64,000 nucleotides of DNA, from assembly GCA_010909165.1 (NCBI GenBank), contig MU008158.1:1079478-1143477 (forward strand), read 5' to 3'. Positions 24,520-35,500 of the stretch are shown here, piece by piece. Each line of letters opens with the position of its first letter. The first letter of the stretch is position 1. The notes beneath the pieces are model-generated. The model was not told the origin of the DNA, searched no databases, and was given only the letters and a program-made list of their open reading frames with translations. A program made the position numbers and the translations under genes. The DNA is from Anthoceros angustus (lineage: Eukaryota; Plantae; Anthocerotophyta).

Positions 24520-25320
24520 TGAAAAAGCAGCTCTATTCTTGTAGTGTGCCTGATCAGTCCACTAATCCCACATCCACTCCCCCGTACCTCTTCCTTGCTT
24601 TCCAATCCTCTCGGAAGTTAGGCTATTTAGGTAGCAAGACTTACTAGTATGCCCAGTCCTCAGCTTGGCTCGAAAACCTTAGCCTATGTCCCGAAAGCCT
24701 CCCAGCCCATCGCCTCGTCCAATTTTTGCCTCCTCCTTCCAATAAGTCCATTCACAACGAATTGCAATCCACGTATCTCTCATACACCTGGTCTCTCGTC
24801 TCTCGATCCTTACCCACTAAACTCCAGACTTACAAATAATTTTTTCATATCCTCTCAAAGTCTGGGAGACCTTTGCTTCCACTCTACCTTCGCAACCATG
24901 TGTCCTTCAACCTTAGGATGATTATACATCATTTTCGTGTAGGGTCTCACCCTCTCAGAATTGAGACTGATGGCTACACCCAAGGCCACCTAAGGAGACC
25001 AGAATATGCAGGTTAAGCAACAGGGAAGTTAAGACTGAGGAACACTTTCTTTTCTTTTGCCCCATCTAGGAAAATATCAGGAATGATTTTGCCAACTTAT
25101 TCACAGCAACTGGGTCTTTGCTCCAAAGTTTTTTCTCTTTTCCCGACCCTATTCTCACATGTGTTTGCTTGAAACAAATATGAACTTTCAGAAAAGAGTA
25201 TATCCAACTTTTCAACCTACCAAATATTTAGTATACTTCACACCACTAGTATTTAGGTCAAGTTCAGAATAGCGATTAAACTTCAATGCTTTTATATATT
25301 TATGTCATATCACTCTCCTG
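24520..25320 (+). mobile_element. 3' fragment of a different LINE (RTEX/L2-like C-terminal zinc-knuckle region), degenerate
   Basis: KLQTYK ... HHFRVGSHPLRIETDGY ... EVKTEEHFLF-CP-NIRNDFANLF across frameshifts. Confidence 0.65.
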
Positions 25321-25378
25321 ACAAAAATTCTATCCTTAGTGGACTTTAATATACTTCTTTCTTTTCTTAAACTTCATA

Positions 25379-25435
25379 TGGCTAACGTACGTGACTCCCA
25401 CCTGAGCATCGCGAGTTCGACTCCCGGCGTTGGGA
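25379..25435 (+). pseudogene. Degenerate tRNA-derived sequence (tRNA pseudogene or SINE head)
   Basis: B-box GTTCGACTC at 25415, weak A-box-like TGGCTAAC 36 bp upstream, tRNA-Glu/Gly-like 3' end CCCGGCGTTGGGA. Stems do not pair properly. Confidence 0.35.
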
Positions 25436-25439
25436 TGTG

Positions 25440-25931
25440 GTTTCCAAATGAGAGGAATCTTTTTGAGCACTAGTAAACTCCCTTTGCAAAAGCCCGCTCC
25501 CCTCGTCTTGTTATCTCCATTGCCCTTCTTGAAGTTACGCTAAAGGACTAGAGTGGAGCGTAATGGACGTGGGGCGTAGTTGAGTGTTATATGCTTCAAG
25601 ACGGAGTCAAGAGACCACGAGAAGACCTTGAGGCATTACATTCTTAACATGCTTCAACAAGTGGGAGTGATAAAACCTAAGAGTGGTTAGATTAGGTGTG
25701 TTATCAGCATATTAAGAAATAGATTAATTAATGTTTAAAGTCAGCAGGTTACCCTTTCATTAGGGTTACGTCGTTTCATCAATAGGCACACCTCTTCATA
25801 ATAACTTAAGTTGGACTTACAAGAACATATATAGCATATATACAAGTAGCTTCCTTGACAAGATGTAATTATTTAATTGTTTATTATTTAATTGACCTGC
25901 ACTTAATGCTTAAGTTTATGACGAATGCCCA
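25440..25931 (+). mobile_element. 3' end of a Copia-like element (PPT plus probable LTR)
   Basis: AAGTGGGAG (same PPT as Copia A) at 25659-25667 followed by TGATAAAACC and an AT-rich LTR-like tract; right end approximate. Confidence 0.4.
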
Positions 25932-25934
25932 TGT

Positions 25935-26204
25935 TGGTGGCACACCGCACACCACAGATGGGTCCGAACCGTGGTGGCCGCCTTCCGCCGTTCTTTATCC
26001 TTCACCTGGTTGATCGTCAACTCCTCCACCCTCTTCATTACCCGTTCCAGATCTTCCCTCAACCCCGCTACTTCTTTCAAAGGAGCTGGTCAGGAACCTC
26101 TCGCCGGAAGTGCTGAGCCTGGAGGTGTCACCTTCCGGCGTTTTGACGGTGAGGAAGGCCCAGCGCCTTTGCACTTTCTCCCGCACGCGGCTTCTGCAAA
26201 CATG
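25935..26204 (-). mobile_element. Gag-like coiled-coil fragment of an unidentified element, cut by Copia A
   Basis: Reads SPSKRRKVTPP ... LKEVAGLREDLERVMKRVEELTINQVKDKERRK with an internal stop. Confidence 0.3.
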
Positions 26205-26415
26205 TGTTAAAGTAGTAGCATCCGCCCTTAGGGCATGTTTGATTCTTTAGCGATTTTAAGAACTCAAGCGTTTTAGCCGAGCAGGCATCACCGAACGGTT
26301 ACAAAAAAAGCGTTTGGGCACAACGAGCATTACATCATGTACACTGCTCCTCATTGCTAATCAATCAATCCAATCTGTTTAACACATCCTGTGCCCGGTC
26401 CATGTGACCGCAACA
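26205..26415 (+). repeat. Copia A 5' LTR (211 bp)
   Basis: TGTTAAAGTAGTAGCATC...GTGACCGCAACA, followed by the PBS. Confidence 0.95.
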
Positions 26416-28213
26416 TGGTATCAGAGCAGGCGCCACAGCATGTCTGCTAGCCCTGTCCTAGAATCATGAAGAATAACCCTCTCTAACATGCCAGGTTCTA
26501 AGAAAAAGCAACCCCAACTCAAACGGGCAAATAGGGATGCCCAGAATTTGGAATCTCTACGATTCCATAGAGAACAGAGATTCTTAAAAGAGGCTCATGA
26601 AGATGTACTAATCTACGCATGGACTAGAGTTTCTGGCATCCTGCTTCTTATAGGGGAAGAATTGCTGTTAAGGGGATACCTTGACCTCTGTATGACTTGT
26701 CCTATATCCGTGCCTTTCTCTTCAAAGAACCATGAAAAGAGAACTCTGCTCCACACTGGACGTAATCGCTCCTATCTCTCATGCACATTGGCGAAGTGTC
26801 ACATCCTCGCTTAGGGTCCTTGTCGCCAAAGACGGTTTCTTCACGCTCCCACTGTGAAGAAATCACAAACCTCCACAATTTCGTGATAGAGAAATTAACA
26901 AAGCTGGACCAACCACACGCACACATTAAATTCCCTCAAAGAACATATAGAGTCCTGATCACCATGCAGATAGAAATATCTACCCTACTCAGAAACACAA
27001 TATTTAGCGTTTAGAGACTAAACACACACAAGATGTCAACCTCCCACCTCTCCCTGTCCAAGGAGGACAAGTTTGACGGCCAGCAACATAATTTCCCCAC
27101 TTGGAAATTTCGGATCACCAATATCCTTAAAGAGCGCAAGCTATGGGGCTACGCAGGGTTGGCACACCCCACCCCATAGCTTGCCACAATGCACGTATGA
27201 GAAAGAAGAATGGGAGGACTACAACCAACAAGCCAAAATGTTCTCATGCAAAGCATGAAGAAGGCACCATTGGAGGGGATGCCAGCAGAGGCACGGCAAC
27301 AGCTGCACGAAATCTACGACGCCTACGACATCATGCACACCATACACACTATCAAGAGCTACCTCAGTCTTCGCATGGCAGAGGGCGACCATGTGGACCA
27401 CCACGCAATGGTGTTTCGAGGCTGGACCGTGAAATTCTAGGCCCTCGGATTCAACATCCCCGAGAGCTCCTAGCCGCACCGCTATCCACATTACAATCGG
27501 CGTCGCATGAGCTTACAGTGAATTCAACCCCTCACCAACAAGGTTTTAAGTGCCATGCTTACAGAGGAAGGCCGGAAAGTATTTGCTGAGCCTCCTCCAG
27601 GCTTTCACGTGACGAGGCGGAACAGAGTCGTGGAAGAGGCTCCTTCCGAGGCACCATGCGGCACAAATAGAGGACGGGTACATTCCCCACCGAAAGGCAA
27701 TTTCAACCCATCGTGGAAGCCAATTTATGCGGTATTGTAAAATACCCGGACACACATATGAAGAATGCCGAAGCGGTTAGGATCTTCTAACACCATGTAA
27801 ATCGCATTCGCTAACTCGCCTTAACCATGCAGGCACTCTAAGGCTTTCCTCGCTCACATTGACCACGACCCTCAACTTGCTAGCACACCCTCGGCTCTTG
27901 TAGCCTCCTACTTATCTCGCAACATGCCCGTATATTGACTCCGAGCCTCCCAACATATGACTCCCACGGGGAATACTTCACTAAATAACACCTACAAGAT
28001 GTACCGAATTTTGTCGTGACAATTCTAAACACCACATACTTGGGCTTGGATCAAGAGACCTCAATGTCCAACCAACTCAACCTCGCAGATTTGGATGTCC
28101 GTCTAGTACCTGGCCTCACCAAAAATCTTTTCTCAGTTCGAAAGGTTGATCGTCACATGCCTGCTTTGGAAACGCCATTGTGTCATTGAAACACCACAAG
28201 CATGACGCCACAG

Positions 28214-31200
28214 TACTACTAGGAAAACGTGTCCTTTACAGGAATTTACTACGGACATTACTGCATCATTACACGAGTAAAATGCCCGTAAACACATAGC
28301 ATTAATTTCGTGGTAATGTCTTCACACCGTATACCATGGCTATATACCGTATTCAGACATGACATATGTACATACGATATACTTACGAGTTGACCGAGTA
28401 CATCGCTTAGGGTTTAACTACGCTCACTTTACAACAACAATTACTACGTGATCTACAACGGCATTTACAACAACTGTAATCGTGGTTAATAAAATATGGT
28501 TAAGTAACCAATGTGAATTAACTCAAGTTTATTAACTGAAGTTAAATAACAGTAGTTTATAAACCATAGTTATGTAACCATGGTTAGGTTAATCAGTGAA
28601 CTGTAGTTATAACGGGCCGTTGTAAAACACCTGGCTGCAAAATAAGGCGTAGTAAAAATCTGATGTAATCAGGACCGTAGTAAAGTAAATACGGATTTAT
28701 ATTGCTGTAGTAAAGTGCACTCTGTTGTAGTAAAATGAAAATGAAGTGCTAGGCGGGTGTGTGGTTATGGGGTACCGAATTCGGGATTGCACCTACATCC
28801 TACAATATATTAGACTCCCAACATGCTACACGGGCATCTAAGAATTTTCTCCACCCAGCACCTCAACTCAAAGACCGTGCCCCAAAGGTTTGCCACCTGC
28901 AAAAAGAGAACCACGAACTTAAATCAGTTCAAGTTCACAGAACTTCAGGCTATCACAAATAGACACAATAGTCCTGGACAACGACCTAACCAGAATCATG
29001 CTCAAGCATCCTCAGCTTGTCTTGCAACTTTATGGGAAGATAATGCCCCACCATCCACCCGTCATCTATGACATTCTGCTTTAGGATGGCCTCCATGACC
29101 TTCTCATCGCACTCCTTGATGGAATAGCCTGCATCCTTCAACAAGGTCCACACATTAATCGCCTTGTCCTTCTGCCCCTTTGAGTCCACTTGCAGACCCA
29201 AAGCTGGAGTTCTAGTTCCAGACTGCATCCAAAACTCTTTCAACTTTATAAGCCAAGCCCCATGATTGGGTATCGCATTCATCGGTTGGGTAACCTGCCT
29301 CAACCAACTGGTTTCACACGTTAATAGCAGTGTCAATCCCCTGTGAGTTAACCTGTGGACCCAAAGCAGGACTTGTGATTTTGGAATTCATCCAAAACGC
29401 TGCAGCTTCACCAGCCAATTTCCGTGAACTGTACCAACAGCTCTGATCTCATCCACGGTTGGCTCCCTCCCAAACTTTCCTCTGAACCTATCCAGAAAAC
29501 CACGCTGCCCCCATGGCCAAAGCATGTGTAGGTATTGCTACCTGTATCCTTCACCCTCTTCATGGCACCCTCCTCCCTAGCACAAAATAGAAAGTTCAAC
29601 TGCTTTGATCATGCGGCAGCACCTACGGTCCCCTATGCCCTAGGATTGAGAAACACAGCACAGCAAAACTCCAGCTCACATGCAAAGCTTGTAGCACACG
29701 GCCTCGCTCACTCGCGATGCCAGATTGAAAATCAAAGCAAATGCAGCAAGAGCAAAACCCTGCTGTTCGAAACTTTCAAACGCAATCAGTCCTGGATAGG
29801 GCTCCAAATTGGACACACAGTATACCATTAGACTCGCCTCATCAAGGCGAGCAGTTTGGTATAAGAATCAACGGCAACCGACCTGTAACGCGGGCGCTAT
29901 GACCCTGGAAGGTTGGAAACCCCAAACTTGTTGGATTGCTGTGGCTGCAACGCTGCTGCGGCTAGTGAGGCGGGGAGGTGGTGCCTTGCTGTGGGTGCGT
30001 AGCCACCTGCTCTAAGCCCAGACGCACTCAGATCTCGCAGTTAGTCGTCGAAGTGACATGAAATCTGCTCACGTGCAGGTTTCTAGGAGTCGTGGGAACG
30101 ACTTTGTTGATGGGCTGCCTGCACCAGGCAGCTTGAGTCGGGTAAGTCGCACCTGGCACTGCCGGGACACGAAACATCAATCCTTGCAACCCTTGAGCCC
30201 AAATCTGGCTGGAACAACGAAAGCACTTGAGTTTCTAAGATAGCTGCAGGCACTCTCCTTGGCGCGACTTCGACGACTAGCTGCCCATCTCCATCTCCAG
30301 GGTTTAGCGTGGCGGCCATGGCTGGCGTCAGCGATTCTGGTGCGGCTTGCCTCTGAGTCATGATACGAGACGAAGGGTTTTCCATACACTTGTACAGCGT
30401 CTCCCTTGACCGCGGTGTGAAACGCCGGCGGAAATGACTCATAGTCAGGACTTCCCGCCATTAGGTTGAGCAGGAATTTCGCAGCACTCGCCAGCGTGTT
30501 TTTGCATGATGTTTTTGCTCTGGTGGGAATGGAGCTCAAACCCTGGATATGGCTTGGTGAATTAGCACATTATCATTGCATTTATAGCCTTCTTCTTCCT
30601 TGGATATCGGTGATAATAGGACTTTACCCGAACCCTAGACCTCAAGCTAGCATATTCCATGCGAATCCGAAGCCCAAGGTTACTTTAACCAAACCCTAAC
30701 CCTCATCCGACATATTCAACTCGATTTTGAAGGCCAAGGTTAATTTGACCCAAACCCTAATCCTCGGCCACACTTCTCCTCGGCCATATGTGGAATAGTG
30801 CAGAAAATTTTAAAGGTTGACTTTGGGTTGTCATCAGCTAATTTTTAAAGGTTAAGTGGTTCAAACTAGTTTATGAGGATGCAAATGATCACAAAGAAGG
30901 GATTGAAGAAGGACAATTGGAATGCACATAGTGAACCCTAGATCTTGTTATCCTTCTACGAGTTCAAGATGATCCCTTTACCCTTGTGTCACCCAAACTA
31001 ATTCAAACTTTTTGTATGACAATAAAGTGGTTGTCGGGACCATCGCACGTGGAAAACGCGTTGTCTTTGAAGAAAATATGGATGCATAGGGATGTGGATG
31101 CATATGGAGGATTTTTCAGCATGTCCCCGCTTGTTCTCGTTTAGGGTCGGCCTAGCCCAAGCCAGAATCGATGTACACCTTATTCTACTTTTTCTTTTAG

Positions 31201-31665
31201 GGTAAAAGATGTGGGTTATCATCAAAACCCATTCTAAATTAGTGTTGTAAACGACGTGTCTAGTCGTAAAGGGTCTTGTTGAAAACCCTACGGTGTGTAG
31301 TAAACTATGGGATGTTGTAAAATACCATTGGCATGTTGTAAAAGAACCCGTTGTAATGGAGAAAGTCCTCAGAGTAAATTGATGGCCCGTAGTAAACAAA
31401 CATGCCATCGTTGTAACGTCCATAAGCTTGTAAGTAACAAGTGCCCGTAGTAAAATCCATTTTGTTTTGCCACGTCACCGTTGCCTTTGGCAAAACAAGC
31501 CAGAGTAAAAGTTGGAATGAGGTTTAGTAAATTGTGGCTATACTTGAAAATAATACATGGACTTGAAACGGTGCCTTCAATTGACGTAGTAAACTATGGG
31601 ATGTTGTAAAATACCATTGGCATGTTGTAAACGCAATTAGTAAAAGTATACTTTTCCTAGTAGTG
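28214..31665. mobile_element. Non-autonomous CACTA (En/Spm) element, 3.45 kb
   Basis: Termini (T)ACTACTAGGAAAA and TTTTCCTAGTAGTG; subterminal TTACTAC/GTAGTAAA/GTTGTAAA repeats at both ends. The Copia frame rejoins across it (ATG|DLKNDDLYHL); probable AGG target duplication, imperfect on the left. Confidence 0.88.
28986..30539 (-). pseudogene. TnpA-like (Ptta/En/Spm, Transposase_24-like) ORF remnant inside the CACTA
   Basis: HMLWPWGQRGFLDRFRGKFGREPTVDEIRAVGTVHGNW resembles the H..G..G....GREPT..E motif of TnpA-like proteins; stops and frameshifts present. Confidence 0.5.
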
Positions 31666-32518
31666 AGGTGACCTTAAAAATGACGACTTATACCATCTCA
31701 GGGTTAGCCACCCCTCATCTCTATCCGCAGGCACACAGAAACACAATCGATCGTCGTGGCATGCCCGGCCCTGCACATGAATCAGAAATGAAGGACATGT
31801 TAAAACTCTGCCGCTCACGGCTTCACCCTCTCACACGAGGACTTTGGCACTTGTGAAGCCTGTTCCCTTGGAAAGAGCCATCGATCACCTTTTCCTAAGG
31901 CATCCAACACACGAGCAACCAAGCGCCTTCAGCTGGTACATTCTAACCTCTGCGGGCTCTTCACCAGATCACTGTTCGGCTACACCTACTTTATGCTGGT
32001 AATCGACGACTTCACTCGATTCACTGTCATTTACACACTCAAGAACAAGGCCCAAGCATTTTCATGCTTCAAGGACTACAAGACCTGGTCAGAAAAACAA
32101 ACAGGCAATACCTTACTTTGCCTCAGATCCGATGGAGGTGGTGAATATGGCTCCACTCAATTTTCCAACTTCTGCAAGGAACACGGCATCAACAGACAGA
32201 TTACCACCCCACACACCTCTCAGCAGAACGGGTCAGAAAACGGATGAATGAACTATCTGAATCTGCGGGCTATCAATGCTTATTCATGCCCGCTACCCGG
32301 ATCTTATTGGCGAGGGGCAATGTCTTTATACGAACCGAACCATTACCTCATCCCTCTCACAAGGCACTCCTTATGAAGCTTGGACAGGCCATAAGCCGGA
32401 TTTATCTTCATTACGGGTCTTTGGAGCTCTTATGTATGCCCACATTCCAAAGGCCATCAGGACCAAACTTGACAACAAGGCCCAGAAATTCCTGTTCATA
32501 GGCTTCACCGATGGTATT

Positions 32519-35500
32519 TGTAGCATTTTGAGATATCAGATCGACAGATCACGTGCACACAAAACTTGCAACATGAGAATGTATATATTTTTGGGAAGGG
32601 AACACATACAACAAGTCCAAGTCTCACAAAGCATAACGGAAAACTAACTAAAGAGTGCCCTAATGACAAACCCTATGTATATTGCAATGAACAAATAAAC
32701 CATCATATTTCTAACACCCCTCTCATTGAATATACGATATATTAGCAAAATGACGATTAAACCAAAGTAATTGTCAAACTCTAATTAGGGCGTGTACACA
32801 CTAAAGCGGTGATCGTCTTCGCCGCTCACGCCACTCCTCCTGTGTCTCCAGCTCGACTGCGCACACGCCTCTGCTTCGTGATGTCTGGTTCTAGGGCAGC
32901 TCCCATTGACCTATCTGCTTCTGAGGACACTCCGCCAGCTGAGGAAATCCATAGCGCATCAGAGGACGAGGTTCAAACACAGGAAATGGAAGACGCCACT
33001 CCGCTGCCTGTTGTTGCAATCTCCGGCATGGCGGCTCGACGCACATTCCGCAAGTGCCTCGCATTTTGCTCCTCCTGCCCTATCCATCCAAGGAGGCTAT
33101 ACGCAAGATGACAGAGGTGCCGCTCGACATCGCGGAGATGCTGCAGAGTGCAAATGAGAGGGAGGCAAGCTGTGAGGTTGCTTATCTCAGCCGCAGCATC
33201 TTCCAAATGTACCGCTCCCCTGCTACAACTATGCTAAGACGCGACAGAGAAACCGGGCTGTAAGGACCGGACATGGTAATTCCCGAGAACTATGAGCCCG
33301 AGACTTCAAGCTGCCTCTAGGTCACCTGTACAAGATGAGAAGGGTGGATGAGAGCAACGATCCGATCTGGAACACCAAGTTTATATCTCTCCTATCTCAA
33401 AGGTGACCATGCATAAAACGGTGGAGATGGGGAGGAGGACAGGGATGGAAACTTTGTGTCCTATTATGGTAAGATTTCAGCATGTCTAATTTGTATGCTT
33501 ACTTGTTGTTGTGGTTTGACATCGTTAACAAATACATCGGATGTCCAGATCACGAGAGAGGATGGCCGAGGAGTCATGGTCCGGATGGACGAGAACGAAG
33601 ACGTATCGGCGAGGCAAGCCCGACTTTGACTCTAATTTCCATTGAGCTCACCGTAACGAGCAAGAGAGGAAAGTCTAGGGCTCCCCTCACCTCAAGGCTC
33701 GAGGAATCGACCACTTTAAGGGATAGTCACATAAGTAGAGGCTAATATTAAGTGAACCGCTTGTCCACTCCTCGACAAACTCTTTTCTTGCTTTGTGGGA
33801 CACGTTTGATGTGTGAAGTGGTTCTAAGACACCCAAGGCCTCTTTGAATTGATAATGCTTCGCCTAGGTAAGGATTTGGTAAGTATGTCCGCAGATTCGA
33901 TTCTGCGGCACATATTCCGCTTTAACTGTTTGGTCTCAAAGCATCGTATGAAGTGATGGTGAACTTCCACATGCTTGGTTCTAGCATGAAATCGGATTTT
34001 GTGCCAATGCTAGTGGCATCGATTGTCACAATATATCACGGTTGGTTCTTTCGTGGTTGTCCAAGATCACCAACAACCTTCGCAGACCATATTTCCTTTT
34101 CGACGCGGAATACCGCCTCCGCCGATGAAAGAGATACGGATGTTTGCTTCTTTGAAGACCATGTCGCTCCACCGCAAGTAAGAAGGCATAGGCGTAAACA
34201 GACCTTCTCTCGATCGCTGCCCTCATCGAAGACCAACAAGTGTGAGTTCCTCACCTTCATATCGCTTGGTATAATGTATACCATGATCGCTCGTCCCTTT
34301 AAGATATCGCAATATACGTTTTGCAATGACGGTGTGTCTTTCCCGGATTTTGATATGCGAAACCATACTCACCGGAAGAGCTACATCGACGATCATTATT
34401 GGAGCAATAAATTAAAGAACCAAGCTTGGGCATAGGGACCTCCATCTCGTCAAGATCGCCATCGGAGACCGAGGCGTCAACTTGCTTCCGGCCTCAAGAG
34501 GTGTTGTTTTGCCTCCCGAAGCTTATATTTATAAAGCATGTCCAAGATATATTTCTGATGAATCACGAGTGTACCGCTTTGTGGTCTCTCAGACATGTGC
34601 CAAGGCGAGGGACAACTCCCCAACATCTACCATTTCAAAGCGACTAGACAAGAAGCCCTTTACTTTGGTAATTCCCTCCGTGTCATCCCTAACGATACAA
34701 TCATCTACATATGGCTAATATGACAAAACCCGTTTGCTCTTGCATAAGATAGACATTTGTATCACCGTGCTTTTAAGAAAACCTAGACCTAAGAGAAATT
34801 CATCTATGCACTCATACCATGCACTGCTTTAAACCGTAGATTGTCTTAGGAGCATGACCCAATCCTCCTTTCCTTCAACCTCAAACCCCTCGTGTTGCAT
34901 GAATATGTCTTCCTCTAACTTCCCATGTAAAAGGCGGTCTTGACATCCATCGATGGATGAAAAGGCCAAAGAATGCGAACATGGAGAAGAGAACCCCGAG
35001 GGACCGAGACTTGACGACTAAAAGTGTCAATCTAAGCCGGACCTGTGAGAAACCTCGAGCAACTAACGGCCTTATACTTGGAGATAGAGCCATCCGCCTT
35101 ATATTTCAACTTGAACACCCACTTGAGGTGACAATTTTCCTCCCGAGGCGGAGGAACTATCTTCCAGGTGTTATTGTGTATCAACGAATCATACTCGAGT
35201 TGATTGCAGCTTGCCAAAGCTTGGCCTCTAGCCCACTAAGCCTTCCTTGTAGCTTTGGGGTTCATGACTGTTCAAAGGCCAAGGTAACCATGTCGACCAC
35301 CACTTCATCTGGAACCATGGGGTCCGGGTACCTTCCTCAAGTCTTCACTGCGGTAAGGAGGTTCCCAGTTCTCACGTGATCGGTGCACTCGAGCCGACCG
35401 CCTAAGTGGTGCGGTTGAGGCTGCATGACGTACTCAGGATCATCGTCAAACCAATCGATTTGAATATGACCAGTGAATCGAGCTCATCACCGGACGAGCA

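Noticed and set aside
25379-25435. Functional tRNA gene
   Set aside because: Acceptor, anticodon and T stems do not pair and there is no poly-T terminator; kept only as a degenerate remnant.
30685-30765. AAACCCTAA telo-boxes as regulatory sites (also at about 46250-46325)
   Set aside because: They lie inside the CACTA arm, not in a host promoter.
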